A stretch of 64,000 bases of DNA, from positions 3,267,564 to 3,331,563 of the forward strand of contig BCIN01000002.1 of the NCBI GenBank assembly GCA_039545335.1, written 5' to 3'. The position numbers and the translations under genes were made by a program. The notes under the pieces are model-generated. The model worked only from the letters and a program-made list of their open reading frames with translations. It searched no databases and was not told the origin of the DNA. Position 1 is the stretch's first letter; each line of letters begins with the position of its first letter. The DNA is from Kondoa subrosea. Taxonomy: Eukaryota. Below are positions 1 through 13,540 of this stretch, piece by piece.

Positions 1-640
1 CCGACAAGTGGGTTGATTTCAAGACTGAAGGTGACAAGCTCGGTCAGTTCCACTCTTCTTCTTTGATAGACGAGTTACTCACACTATCGTACATAGTCGA
101 GGCTGTCCAGAAGGTCGTTCCAGACGGTCATGGACCACACGCAGTCATTTGCACTTCTTCTGGCGGTAAAGCTTACGAGCAAGCTATGGAGAGTAAGTCA
201 ACGCGCCGTCATATTAAAAGCTATTTTACTCACATGTTATTCCTAGTGGTTCGCCCTCACGGCACTGTTGTAGCTGTGGGACTTCCACCAGACGCCAAGA
301 TCTCAGCAGATGTCTTCTTCACCGTCTTCCTTTCCAAGCGATTGGTTGGTTCTTACGTCGGAAACAGACAAGATGCTACAGAAGCTTTGGAAATCGCTGC
401 TTCTGGTAAAGTCAAGTGCTCTTACAAGGTATATCATCAGCTCTTTTCCAAGTTATTGAAACATGTAGCTGATTTTATTTTGCCCAGACTTTGCCCATGT
501 CTGCCTTGCCTCAAGTCTACGATGACATGTTAGTGTTTCTGTCATTCGACTACTAAACTTGACGAACTGACCCTTGTGATAACAGGCACAAGGGCAAGAT
601 CACCGGTCGTATCGTTTTGGACATGACCAAAGCCGAATAA
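1..640 (+). CDS. Zn-dependent alcohol dehydrogenase (ADH1-like MDR), 3' part, spliced
   Basis: Exons read DKWVDFK..., VRPHGTVVAVGLPP, LVGSYVGNRQDATEALE and a final HKGKITGRIVLDMTKAE* (TAA ~638-640). This is the typical fungal ADH C-terminus. The 5' end lies outside the window. Confidence 0.9.
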
Positions 641-1136
641 ATCGACGCTACAATGGAAACGGCAAACATGACGCCTTCTTTTCTTCTCATCTTCGCGAAG
701 AGCGAATTGAAGGGTGGTTCATAGGTTTCTGCTTGTAATTATTAGGTCTGACTGAAATGTATCGAAATTGCTTTTTCTCTTTTTTTACTTGCTTGCTTGT
801 TGCTGTTTACCATTCCAGTCTCGGGGTCAAGTTTGAAGCTCATGAGTTTTAGTACACGAGCAAGAATTCGTAGAGTAATCGCATCAGCCGAGAGGACACA
901 AAAGGTTTTTGGAAGGTTACTGCTTCCCAGCAGCAGGAAGATCACGGCTCACTTAGAACTACAGAGTCAGCGAACAAGAATCGTCAGAAGGACTGCGGAG
1001 CTTGACGTGTACGTCGAAATGCAAAATGATAATACTACATACATCTGTCAGAGCAAGCTACTTGTCAGTACGCAAAATAGGCCTGGTGAGTAAGTGGACT
1101 GACCAGACATAGCAGCTTCAGAAGTAGACTATCATG

Positions 1137-1973
1137 CTACGTGAACAGGCTATTTAAAACGCCTTGAAGTGCTTCGCTACTGTTGGCTTTGCTTGCTTTA
1201 TCCGCCTTGACTGTAGTTCTCTGCTTAAAAGGTCTCTGTTTCTTTTCCTTCTTGCTTCTTTCCGCCTCCGCTGCACTGACAGGCGCTTCCTTCCTCTTCT
1301 TCTCCCTTTTCTCCTCAATTTTGCCTTGAACTCTGGCTTTCTCCACCTGCCTCAAATAACCGGCTTGATCTTTCTTACTCTGACTAATTTCATTCCGTAG
1401 CAAAGCAGTTTCCACAGCTTGCTGTTGCTGAATCGATCCACTCAAAGCGTTCCATTTGAATTTGGGTAAATACTTGCAGGACCATAAATCATGGTAAAAG
1501 GGAGAAGAAGGTTTGCCTCCTATAGGTTGAGCGTTAAGCAATTCAGCTGTACTTCTTGCTACTCGTTTGTCCATGAATTCAATCCAACCTTCCAAGAATC
1601 GATGGGAAGTATGTTTGCCAGCTTTTGCCGTTTTAGCATCTATTCGTACAACCGGTGCAGCATAAGCCATAGAAAGGCTCATGAACAAGTTCGACGGACC
1701 TTTAGGATCTCTAGCTAGATAAACTCTGCCCGTATCTCCATAATGCGACAACAAATGTTTCAATTTCGCAGGTCCCATGCCAGGAGGTATCCTTGACAAG
1801 TAAATAATCCCAGTCTTGTCGTGTTTCGCATTCAAAGCAGTCAAGGAATCCAAATCTATCACTTTTCCACTTTTACTTGTTTTGCTCGATACTTGCTCTT
1901 CTGAGGACTCTAGCTTCGATGTGGATGCTACAGGATGTTCCTCAGGATTTAAGATGGCATCGTATAGGTCCAT
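1137..1973 (-). CDS. ESF2: Pre-rRNA processing protein Esf2/ABT1 (RRM)
   Basis: GIIYLSRIPPGMGPAKLKHLLSHYG, EGWIEF, LNAQPIGGK and DLWSCKYLPKFKW are ABT1/Esf2 motifs. An in-frame intron is probable near 1645-1700. Confidence 0.92.
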   Translation of the reverse strand: MDLYDAILNPEEHPVASTSKLESSEEQVSSKTSKSGKVIDLDSLTALNAKHDKTGIIYLSRIPPGMGPAKLKHLLSHYGDTGRVYLARDPKGPSNLFMSLSMAYAAPVVRIDAKTAKAGKHTSHRFLEGWIEFMDKRVARSTAELLNAQPIGGKPSSPFYHDLWSCKYLPKFKWNALSGSIQQQQAVETALLRNEISQSKKDQAGYLRQVEKARVQGKIEEKREKKRKEAPVSAAEAERSKKEKKQRPFKQRTTVKADKASKANSSEALQGVLNSLFT

Positions 1974-2386
1974 GAGGGGTATTCTGACAAGCGATAGTCA
2001 CGGTTTCGGAGAAGTCAGTGCCTCTGTTTTTTATTGAGTCAGGACGGGAAAGCAATATTGTGCAAAAGGTGTAGTCTTTGAACAGTTAAGTCTGTTGGCG
2101 AGGAAAAAATGCAACTACCTTCAACTTGCATTTGAAGTTTCATTGCGCTCGACGTGATTGGGCATCAAGCCACACTCCTCAATCAGAAGCCGAGAACCAA
2201 AGCAAGACTGAACGCGAACATAATCAGGACTCGGTACCAATATGAAACCGAAAGCATATCGTATATGGAAAGTACAAAAGATAATGGAGGCGAGATGCTA
2301 TGAAGCACAAAACTGGAAGAAGATTCAGCTGGCTGCTGTGCTTCGACAAAGTAGCTATACCTTGAGAAGACAAGAGAAAGATTTCT

Positions 2387-4438
2387 TCATGATCCGACTC
2401 TGCATGAACAGCCAGACCATTTTCCTGGGTCCGCCTTATCACAGTATTCATTCGACTGGGCCACGCATCGCACACCATTAGGTTTGACCGTGCAATCATC
2501 CAGTTTAGAACCGCAAGAAGTATCTTCCTTCATACTGGTACACCCGACAGCTCCGCCTGGGGAGACATAACCCTGCTCGTGCATTCAATACTTTCTTCTT
2601 CAGTCAGCGCTGAATAGACTTACAGCTCCGCAGGCATTGCATGATTGCCCATCAAAGCCAAAGTTCTTGTTACAATTCGCAAGGCAGACACAAGCCAACC
2701 TTGATTTCCCGTCTGATTGCGAACTGCATACTTGCTGATTGAAACCTAGCGAGACCATGCACCCAGAACCACTTGCGTTTTCTGGAGTTGTGCATTTGTT
2801 CAGACTACTTCCGCAATGATCGGTCGAACTGGCGTCGAGGCATTTGGTAGAATCTAACGGGTCCGCGACGAACCCCTGGCTCTGTATATGAGAACGTTGA
2901 GTGTTTCTCGCGGCAACTCATCGAGAAAGCACCTCATCGCAAATCTGCATTGCACTTCTTTTAATATTTGTGCATAACGGAATTAAGAAAAGACGTACAC
3001 ATTTGCCATCCTTGTTCATCATATTCTTTATTCAAAGCATGTCATATTAGTATTAACACAAATGCTGAGAGTAGAAGGTCAGACTTACCTTTCCACATGT
3101 GATTGGAGCACACGAATCCCCGTTGAGTGTATATCCATCGTTGCAGTCAGCGATACAAACACAGTTCAGTCTCGCAGATTTGTCCTGAACATCGGAGCAT
3201 TTCTGGTTAGAAGTCAAAGAGGCCACACAAGAAGCAGATTCGGCATTATCGGGTTTCTTGCAAGGATTTGCACTTTGACCGCAACTATCGTTGGAGCTGG
3301 TGTCGATGCACTTAGTTTTGTCTGCCGGATTCTCAGAGTAGCCAGCACTCTACGAGTCCAAGCGGAAATAAGACACGGCAGATGGACCAAACAAGGCAGC
3401 TTACTTGGTCGCAGACCTGGGCGAAGTGATGAGCATGATATCGCAAAGATATTCAAGCAGCACTAACACATGTATTGTCCTTGTTGATCATTCCCTAGCA
3501 ATGCGCCGAGTGAGCTCAAATGGGCGAGGTACATGGCGAACTTACATCTGAGCAAGTCAAAGTAGAAGAAGCTGCGGCAGTTGCAGATGCTGAGCTTGAA
3601 GGCGCTGGATTAGAAGGTGCAGGTACAGGTGCAGAATTTGCTGGACATTGGGCGCTGATCTGATCGGGCGTAGACTTGGAAGTCCAATCGGAGCAAGGAT
3701 GGTTAATTTGATTTTGAGGTTGAGTTGAGTTTCCCCATTCGATCGGAATCATGTTGTCCTGGTTGTTCCCTCCTTTAGCCGTGCGAAGCTGGTCCATGGC
3801 GGACTTAGAGAGAACCAAGTCGGTGGGACCGTAGTTGGAGTCAGTAAAGGCATCGGCAACGGTAAGCTGGTTCAACATGTTCAACATGAGTTGAGCACCA
3901 GATGAGCAAATGATGGGAATCTTACCTCCAATGCAGTGGCTGTGCCAGGTAGATATACTGTTATGCGAGCACCACACCATCTAGATGCCTACTATCAGAT
4001 ACAGCAGGGAAGAGCTGCAATTGACTGACTCGCCAGAGATCTATTGAGCGAATGAGTTTACGGACAAAATGCAGAAGATGGCATCTGTTCCTACCTGATC
4101 AACGCTCGTAGGCGGATTCTGAGTACGCCCAGCTGCCGTCCAAAGGGACACGTGTATACCTACCCCTGTCAGCGAGAGGTAAGGTAATTAATCGGTCCCT
4201 TGTAGACAATGGACCTACAAGCGCTACTATCGGCATTGAAGCAGCCGCATTTGCCCATACTACGAGATACAGCATCAGCAGCTATATTACAGTGGCAGCA
4301 GATATTCTACCTATTGCACTGAGTCGACGTCCAGAGAGCCTTGCCTTGATAGCGAGATCCGTCTCTGCGCTGTAGCGCGGGTCCAGCGCCTGATGCATAA
4401 TGAAAGACAGAGATGAAGAGAAAGAAGAAAGAGAGCAT
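2387..4438 (-). CDS. Secreted RlpA-like double-psi beta-barrel (expansin/barwin-like) protein with S/A/P linker and three Cys-rich repeats
   Basis: Signal peptide MLSFFFLFISVFHYASG, then GKALW...GKCGCFN..., CIGGKIPII and LTVADA...DLVLSKSAMDQL...IPIEW (DPBB-like). A PAPSSSASATAA linker follows, then three Cys-rich exons (about 3089-3348, 2623-2882 and 2387-2584). Confidence 0.65.
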
Positions 4439-4898
4439 GTTCGACAGAGGTAATGGCAGCTAGACTTAGCAGGAAGCAAAAGAGAAGCAGTCATTCAATT
4501 GTTGACTCGGTAGTTTCCTTTGTTCAGCTTCGTTCAGATCTACAGAACAGTACGAGCAATTCCAAGCAAGGATCGTCCTCTCAGACCGGACTACTCAATA
4601 GGCAATAGCGAGCGCAAGTCGAAACATGAAGGAAACTGAAAAGCCGTCTTGCGCGTTCCGGTTTTGCAAATAGCTCGCTTCAGCTAGCAATGGCAGCCCA
4701 ATGAGGAGATGCTCAGCTACATTAGGACTTCTTCTCGAATCGTGGTAGTTCGCGTCAAGCTGTCCTTTCGCACGGCAATTTGATTCTGCCACAATCCCTT
4801 CGCTCCGAGGGTTGGTGTTTCGTTTCCTTCTGCCTCTCTTTTCTCTGTCTCCCTCTATCTATTTGTCTTCAATTCAATACAAACAAGCAAGCAACAAC

Positions 4899-6501
4899 AT
4901 GTCTACTCAATTAGCTGCTCGAATGCATGGGAACTCTGTGCGCTCTTGGCTGTAGACGCTTTCTATTTGACTGTGCTCATGACTGCTATAGGACCTAAGG
5001 GTTGAGCAAGTCCCTATTCTTCCTTTGGCTGCAGGCGAAGTCAAAGTCCGTGTAGCGTTTGCAGTGAGTTGCTCTAATGTCTACCACTGAGGAGTAGCTG
5101 AATGAAAGCATAGGGAATTTGTGGAAGTGATCTTCACGAAGTCTACCATGGTCCTCAAACTACATGCGAATGCGGTAGTCCACATCCTTTGACTGGTCAA
5201 ACCTTACCAATCACTTTGGGCCATGAGGTGAATTAGATCTCATCTCATAGCGTTGAAGAGTACTGATGGTATGGTAGTTCTCGGGCACTGTTGCTGAAGT
5301 ACACCCTGAAACCTCTTCCCGTCTAAAAGTAGGCGACAAAGTCTGCATGTTCGTCTCATCATTCCAGACGTTTGCCTATGTCTACTGATCGATGTAAGAA
5401 TCTAGAGAACCAATCATCTCTTGCTTGGAATGCCCAAACTGTCTAGCCAATCTTCGACCACTTTGTTCTAAACGTATTGGTTTCTTCGGCTACAATAGAC
5501 CAGGCGGACTAGCTCCTTTCGTTAATGTAACGGAAAAGAACTGTCATGTCGTACCTGAGAATATCCCGCTGGATATCGCAGCTCTGTTAGTTTTGTCTCA
5601 CTCGTGACCTTTTGTCAGCTAACCTATTTTTGCTCAGAGCGGAACCTCTGAGTGTAGCTTGGCATGCTGTTCGAAGAGCGAAACTTACAGGAGATGAGAA
5701 AGTCGTGCGTTTGACTTATCCTCTAGAGGTCGACCAGAGTACTGATGTTGGCATCTCAGCTTGTTCTTGGTTCAGGCCCTATTGGCGCGCTTGTTATCAG
5801 GTACGGCTTCTTCTGCTATCTGTCAGATCAACCGCTCAAGAGCGTACACGCAGAGTACTGAAAGCTCAAGGCATCAAATACATAGTCGCTTCTGAACCAT
5901 CAACAGCTCGAGCAGCAATAGCGAAACAATGTGGCGCTGATGTAGTTTTCAATCCAATGCAAGAAGATGTGACCAAGAAGTGCAAGGAATTGACTGAAGG
6001 AAGAGGAGTGGATGTGGCTTTTGATTGTGCTGGACATCAATCGACTTGGGAAGCAGCTTTGGGTGCGACAAGAACGAGAGGAAGGGTGAGTCGTGATGAA
6101 TGCTCTCATGATTACAAAGCTGACGTACTTCTTTAGATTGTGGTCGTTGCGCTTTGGGGCAAACCAGCGACGATTGACCTTTTCGTAAGTTTCAACCTCA
6201 TCAGTGGTATCCCGCTAAAGGGACATCAGCAATTCGTCTTGAGTGAAAGAGAAGTAACTGGGTCATGTTGCTTCACATCTGAAGACATGCAAGAAGTTCT
6301 GGAAGCGCTCAAAAAGGGTTCTATCAAGTGCGATGACTTGATTACTGGTCGAATTGATCTGGAGAATATCATGGAAGATGGACTGAAAGCTCTGTGAGTG
6401 TTAAAGCAGCGGGTTAGCTATATACGTGCTGACCTTGACGCAGACTTAACGAGCAACGACATGTCAAGATTCTTGTAGATCTACAGAAGCAGAGGGTGTA
6501 A
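4899..6501 (+). CDS. Zn-dependent 2,3-butanediol/sorbitol dehydrogenase-like MDR, multi-exon
   Basis: GICGSDLHE, LPITLGHE/FSG, the structural Zn motif CLECPNC...C, EPLSVAWHAV, VLGSGPIG, GVDVAFDCAG and a C-terminal HVKILVDL. Confidence 0.9.
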
Positions 6502-6627
6502 AAGGCTGTATCATATTGTTACAGTGCATGTACAGGCCTCATGACTACCCAGCCATACACAGCTTTAATCGAGATAATTCTGTGACACATCTCTTGTTCT
6601 GAACGTTGACTTCGACTTGCGCGAGTC

Positions 6628-7920
6628 ATGGCCCAAGTCTCTTCCTCTTCACCTTACAAGTCATATCCAGCTTTTGCCCAGCCTACAAACAACGCTTTCA
6701 TGTCTGGAAACTCACAACAAGCTCGAAATGTCGGGTTTGGCGCTTTCAACCCTTTAAACAGCGCACCCTCTTCTGCTCTAGCTTTTGGCTTTGGTCAACA
6801 CGCTACAGTAGCAGGCTCACCCAATTGGCGAACTCCTCCTGTTCCAGCAACTCATTTCGCCGGTTCACCTGGTCCAAGCAATGTAGTCGCAAGCTCAAGC
6901 AATAGACGCAAGCGAAGGTCTTCAAGCTCACCTGAACCTGAGGGCGACGATGCTGCTATGGCTGAAGCAGGCTCACCAATTCGAGGCAAACAAGCCACAG
7001 CATCTCCTCGAGCGATCAGTGTCAATAAGCGAGCCAGGAAAGCTGACTTGGCCAAAGAGAAGGAAGGAGCTGATGCTCAGCAAGCTAAGGCAGCAGAAGA
7101 TGGTGTTGATATTGGCAAAATGCTAGGTTTGTCTTGACATCAGTTACCCGTTGTCGCCAATCTGAAGTCATGTCTTTTTCGTACAGCTGCTCTGCCTAAA
7201 CCTGCCCTCTTGCAAATGTTTAATTCTCTACTCACCACGCAACCGCAACTTCGGCCCGTCCTACTCTCCCTCATTCCTCCGCCTTCCCTCGAAACCTTTA
7301 CCCAAACTTTAGCTGTATTGGAATCAAAGCTTATCTCAGCCATCCCGCAAGGTCGTCAAGTCCGAACTGAATATATCTGGGGTCGAACAAGAGTGCCACT
7401 GGAAGAATACTTATCTGAAGCACGACACTCTTTAGCCGTCTTCTTACCTTCTAATCCCACATCTGAAGAACATCCTTCGACCACTTTCAATTTCTTACAT
7501 ACTTTGACCAACAGTGTCAAAAAAGTGGAAAACCTCTTACCTTCCGCTACATCCACATCAAGCGGGAATACTACTCTTATCGGTTCGACTAACCCTTTGG
7601 TCGCTCATCTAGTTCCTTCACTCATTAATGCTTGGCATGTATTCATCACTCGTTTGAGTCATCAAGTGAACAAGCAAGGAAAGATTATGAGTGCCGAAAG
7701 CGTTCGAACTCGTTTTAGATTATTGGATGAATTGTGCGCTGTACCGACTAGTACAGCTGGTATGATTGGTGGAGGTGTTACTAGGAAAGCGATGGAAGAT
7801 GTTCGAGATAGGATGATGAAGGAGATTGGTTGGTTGGCTGGAGTCAACCCTGCTTTAATACAACAACCTCAACAGCAAACCAGAGCTCAAAGTGTTGAGA
7901 TGATGGATGAGGAGTTGTAG
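6628..7920 (+). CDS. STS1: Tethering factor for nuclear proteasome Sts1/Cut8
   Basis: N-terminal RRKRR NLS-like segment, then LPKPALLQMFNSLLTTQPQLRPVLLSLIPPPSLE and a C-terminal IGWL. One intron at ~7126-7185. Confidence 0.8.
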
Positions 7921-8103
7921 ATCGATTCAGAAGAGAAGTGGTAGCTGGCAGTGATTCGTTTCATCAATTTTGTGCTTTTCCTTAGCATTACTGAAAGTTG
8001 TACTTGTAGTCTTCACATCCGCATCAGTGTTTTGCATTCATTATACATCAGAGATATTAGTTACATGCATGGTATCCCTCTTTTCTTACATCCAATCTGC
8101 TCT

Positions 8104-10007
8104 TCATGATCGGATAGCAAACTCATAACCTAATCTTACAGCGATTCCCTTTTCCGTGTTCTTCCACAAAGCATCAAGAGAGCCAGGTCGAACCATGTAT
8201 TGAGGTTGAGGATATTCGTAATCAGCTTCTGCATAAGGTGGACCTCTAGCTTGAGCTTCTTGTTTTAATACAGGTTGAACAGGAGTTTCAGCCAAACGTT
8301 TGTTGGTTTCGTTATACTCAGCTTTATATTGCATAGTCTAATAAAGTCCAGATACATATCAGGTACGTACTTAAAGAGGAGAGGCAGAAGAAGAGAGCTT
8401 ACACTGAATTGATGCATCTCATAATGTCTCTTCATCAAATCTAAACCTTTATAATTCCTCTCCATTGCTTCTCTTTCTTTCCTCGCTTTCTCTCTAGCCA
8501 GTTCAACTTCCTCGAATTTCTCTTTAGTGAAACCTCGATATCTGTAGCGTTCTTCTTCTTGCTCCACTCTTTTTCTTTTGAAAGCTTCAGCTGTTTCTCT
8601 CCTTTCTTGATCTTCCGAAATAGTTCTATGGTGACCAAGTAATCAAATAATGCCTCAAAAGGGCATAGCAAGAAAGGGTGGAGACTTACTCTGTAGCTTT
8701 TGGAGTAAAGAAACTAACAGGTGGATCAGAAGTACTAGCAGCTTTCTCTTTCTCATCGCCTTGAAGTTTCTGTTGATCCACCAATCCGCACTATCAGCTT
8801 AAGCTGAAAAGGCATGTCTGACAGAACGAACCTTGATTCTACCGATTCCAGCAAACATGCCCGGTTTTCTCGGTGGAGCAGCAGTTTGTGAAGAAGGTGT
8901 TCCACTCCCACTAACTAATCCACTGCTAATTCCTCCTTTTTCCTTTTCTTCTGCTGCCAGGTTGTTGGGTTCAGGTAAAGGACTAATACTTTTTTCCTTC
9001 TTCATCGATACGGCAGCTGAAGTACTAGCCGCTGCCATTGATGCAACAAGTTGAGCAGGTAAAGGAGGTGGTTTATCGAAACCCATCAGTTTAGCAAAAT
9101 CAGCCATAGCTGGCGCTTTGTTGCTGTTGTTGTTCGTTATTGAAGTAACTTTCAATGTTCCTGGATTGGATTTCGAAGTAGATGGAGTAGAAGCAGAGGA
9201 ACCGGGTTTAAAAGCAGAAGTAGAAGCTTTGGAAGTAGGTGCGTTAGAACCGGTTTTCAAGGAAGGATGGGATTTGGAAGTAGCTTGTTGCGCTTTGTTG
9301 CCTGATTTCATCGATGGCAGACTGGAAACACTTGGTTTAGCTACTGGATTCGTAGAAGACGAAGATGAAGCTGCGGCGGTGCTAGTAGGTTTAGGTGCTT
9401 GTGGTTTCTTGCCTGTCTGTTTTCGGGCAGAAGGTTGTTCATCTTTCTTTCCTTGTTGATCAGATGCAGCAAAAGTTGATGCTTGACCGCTTGTAGATGC
9501 ATTATTCAGTTTCAAAGTGATTTTAGGAGTCTGCTCAGATCCAGACGCTGTGACGCTTTTGGATTGCTCTTGATTCGACTTCTTCTTTTTGACTGCCTGT
9601 TTGCTTCCAGTGGAAGCATTTAATTCATCCTCTTCGTCCGAATCTTGGATGCGTCTCTTGCCTGACTTGGCTGCTGACATTGTTGGTTTGCTTGCCAGAC
9701 TAGCGGGCACAGACTTGGACGATGTGGCAGCAGTAACAGGAGAAGACTTGCTGTTCACTACGTTGAGAGTACCTGTAGGCTGTTCTTGTACAACAACGGG
9801 TTTGATTTGAGGGACTTGGACCATAGGCGGGACAGAATTCGAAGGAACAGGAGCAGGAGCAGGCGTAGTAGAAGCTCTTCCACCTCTTATAGGTCTTCCT
9901 GTTGAGCTTAATTGTACAGGCTGTTCTGCAGGACCGCTAGCCAACCATTTCTCGGTTTCAACAACTGCGTATCCCTTTGGGACTAGCAGGCTGGCTTCAG
10001 AATGCAT
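8104..10007 (-). CDS. Hypothetical Ser/Lys/Pro-rich, probably nuclear, protein with a C-terminal coiled coil
   Basis: 402-aa low-complexity ORF plus downstream exons (EEEERYRYRGFTKEKFEE..., YKAEYNETNKRL...FAIRS*). Further 5' exons near 10035-10200 are possible. Confidence 0.6.
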
Positions 10008-10640
10008 CTAGCCTTTGCAGCGCGAAGCTCACCCTTCTTGTTCATAATCGGACTGCTACTAGGGTCATCTCCGCCTGCCATGACTGGCTGATGTAAGTCA
10101 AGCAACCCATTTTCGAAATTGTCTTGAACAGCAACTGCGAAGCAGTAGCGAAGCTCGTCTTGTCCATCATCTGCTCGTGGTCATTGTGCTGTGATCTGAG
10201 ATCTTGATGCTGTTATTCCTTGCGCCTGTTAGCGTTCTACACATATGATAGCCTGAAGCCTGCTTGCTTTATTCTGTGTTTTGGGTTGCCGCGTATCTTT
10301 ACCTGCTTGTGATGCTTGACCAGCCTGAGCGAAAGCAGTCATATTGAGCTATACTTCCCTTACTTTTGTCCAATCGCCTACTCGTCATTCATTCATGTCT
10401 TTCTGAACCCAATGCCTACTACTGCCCTCTTGGTTCTTTGAAACCCTCCTTGTCACTCGCTTTTGATTCATACACTCCTGCTTAATAGAAGATCCACGAA
10501 GACCAAAAAATTCATTTGTTACATAAACTTCCGCTCTAGAGCACGCGTGGTCTGAAACAAGGCATTTACATCCTCTTTTCTGCTCTTTTGTTCACTTTTT
10601 TCCCTCTCTTGACGACCTACGACCGTTTTTGCTCACGAGT

Positions 10641-11318
10641 ATGAGATGGCAGAATGGCAGCCTGGTCGTACGCTCTCATCCTCTGTTAGGTTCCCTGGAG
10701 ACTGAAGAAAGATTGAATAGGTTGGAGACCTATAGCAGATCGAAGTGGTGTAGAATGGATCTACGAGGATGTCTGTCTTCCTCCTTTTCCTTTAAACTCT
10801 TCAAATTCAAAGATGATCTGATAGGCGGAACATGCTGAAAAAGAAGCGGAACAAGTTCGAAAGCAAGCAGAGAAAGTACAGAGGGTAAGTTTGTGGTAGC
10901 GCCTATCTACTCTTATTAGCTGACCTCGACTAGGACAATGAGTTTGTATGCCCTTTCAATTTACGTGCAGGAAAAGATGAGAGATTGACTCAACATATAA
11001 ATAGACTGAAAGATTCATTGAGTACCTCAAGGAAAGACAGGAAGAGCGAGCTGCGGTACAAGATCAAGCAGAAGCAGTCAAAGAGGTGAGCTTCAGCTCC
11101 ATCAATCTTGATGTAAATGATTGATTTGTTTGTTCTACTCACAGAAATTGGGCAAGAGCAGTATAGAGTATCGCTCAATCATCAAGGTCAAAGGCAAGTC
11201 TTCCTTTCTTCCTACAGAGAGGGGGAAAGCTGACCCAACTGAAAAGCAGAAGTCAAACTCTTCTGAATGCAACACGGACATGTACATACACTTGTGCAAT
11301 CTAATACACATGCATTGA
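10641..11318 (+). CDS. Possible small multi-exon hypothetical coiled-coil protein
   Basis: Short coding-like segments (AEHAEKEAEQVRKQAEKVQR; ERFIEYLKERQEERAAVQDQAEAVKE) separated by GT..AG introns. Start and end are uncertain. Confidence 0.3.
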
Positions 11319-11383
11319 ATGGATAAAACATCATACAAGAAATAGAACGAAATGCGATTATCTTAACACCGCTGACTGATGAG

Positions 11384-13363
11384 TTACTGAACTCTTGATC
11401 TGTTGACAGTAGTAACTATTTCCTACGCATCAAGCTTTCTTCCTGCTTGCTGATGAAATGCAGACTCACTGTAATAATTACCACCTCGATGTGTCCAACT
11501 GACTGATCCAGTACCAAAGAACCGTTTCGGACCTTGATTCAAGATCGCTTCGACTCCTTGAGCTTTTCGAGCAGTTTGATGAAAGAGAGGTTTAAGAGAA
11601 ATGATTTGCGCATTGTCTGGTAGTTCGAGGAAGAGCGGCAAGAGCTGTTCAGCTGTTTTTGGTGAAAAGGCATAATTGTTCTGAAGCTCTAGATTAGAAA
11701 AATGATAATATCTCTTGTATATGACCAGCGTACCAGTAGCTATACAGTTGCAATGAGCTAGAGAAGACTAGATTGTCACGAAGGACACTCACTAATACAT
11801 CAGCCTTTTGCAGTATTTTCGCAACCTCCGGCTCTTTGATGAAATCAGCCTTGATCGCCTGCACTTCTCCACCTTTCAGGCCAAACATTCTCCATCTATT
11901 TGTTGCTTCAAAAACTTGAGCATCAGCCATTTCAGCAGCAGCAGGTTGTATTTCTACTCCATAAGATCTGCAACCAGAAGCCAAGGAAGCTTGAATCAAA
12001 CAATTCGCTACGCCTGATCCTAGATCGACAAAAGTTTTGTCTGGTGTAAGTTTGGTCAGCTGGAAAAGTGTAGCCATAAATCGAGGTAATAATTCGCCAT
12101 ATACATTGTCCTGAAACGAAAGATAAATCAGCTATATCCTTGAGCTAGGCTTAAACATTGTAGCTCACACTAAAGGCTTGATATTTCCGAAGTTCAGCCA
12201 CTCGAGGAGCGACTGTTCGATCATAGCATTGACCAGAGATGAATCTGCGCAACCCCAATTCAGTATCTGCCGTATTCCAAAGTGATAAATGACGGGCAAC
12301 TTACGTCCACAGATTTTCATGCACGCCTGTCATTGCTTCTATGTTTCGTCTCATTTGCCCTGAAGCTTTCATCTCGCGCATGACTAAGTTGAAGCGTTCT
12401 ATTTGAGAAACGAAACTGGGCCCATCTGCTATTTTGTCTGCTTTCTCTAGTTGAAAGATAATGTCGTTTTGTTTCTTGCCTTGAAGACTCGATAGAAAGG
12501 AAGAGGCAGAAGGATGTGTGGTGTTGACATGATTGAAGTGCAGCAATGCTTGATCGGGTGTGCTGTACAACTTCAGTCAAATTACATAGCACAAGCAGAA
12601 ACTTGAACTCACAAGAAATAAGTTATGATATGTTTGATGCTGTCCAAAAGATCTTCTATAGGATCGTATAATGAATCCTTCTTCGGCTTCAAAAGAGGGA
12701 AGCATTCCGTCGCGCCTTCACCAGGGTATTCGAGATATACAAAATGATCCTCTTCCGTTCTTTCGTCGAAGCAGAAGTCTATTGATTCGTTTCAGCCTTC
12801 TTAGCTAATGAATTGACAAATTTTTACGTACGTCTTTCGTAAGAATCCGACTTCTTATCTACCAAATCTTTGGCTTCGACACATTTCACTCTCCCGTCCA
12901 ACTGAGATGCCACGTTTCTGGGAATGACACCAGCTCGTTGTGAGAGCGGTTTGAAAGCAGAAGGGGATTCAGAGCAAGCTCGCCGATGTAGATCACTTTT
13001 CTGCCTTCCGCCTGGAGTAGTAGTCAATAGATCCTGCGCTACCTTATCTTCCGCTTCCTCGTCCTCTGATTCTGAATCGCTCGATGAAGATAAAGAAGTA
13101 AGGGAACTGTCGGATTCGACATTTGAAGTGAAAGCTTGATCTGAGGGTGAAGTTGTTCGACTGAGACTGAGCGTACTGGAACTTGATTGTCTCAACTTCT
13201 TTGAGGCAGCGGACAGATCGGAATCGATTGAAATAGCTCGTTTGACAGATTTCACAGCAGGCTCTATTCGGAACGAGGGCAAGAGGTTGCTAGGTCCTGC
13301 TTGAGGCTGCTTGCTGAACTCCGTTGAGGCCCATTGCTTCCAGCTTGCACGAGTGTCAGGCAT
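11384..13363 (-). CDS. DOT1: Histone H3K79 methyltransferase Dot1
   Basis: LEYPGEGATECFPLL.PK, QCYDRTVAP, YQAF/DNVYGELLPRF, FVDLGSGVAN, YGVEI, NNYAF, ISLKP and SVSWTHRGGNYY. Serine-rich N-terminus. Confidence 0.95.
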
Positions 13364-13540
13364 AAAATAGACGCGTTGTACAGAAACACAACACAATTGT
13401 GAAATTCGCGAAAGTCGTGGTCAAGATCAAGGAGGAATGTTACATGGGCAAGCGGTATACAGTACAAATACAAGTACAACATAAGTTTAGCAGTACAAGA
13501 ACGACCGAGATATATACTACAGACAGAATATCAACAAGTC

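Noticed and set aside
8833..9810. Plus-strand ORFs opposite the 402-aa ORF, and similar shadow ORFs throughout the window
   Set aside because: They are antisense shadows of low-complexity coding exons with no independent gene signals.
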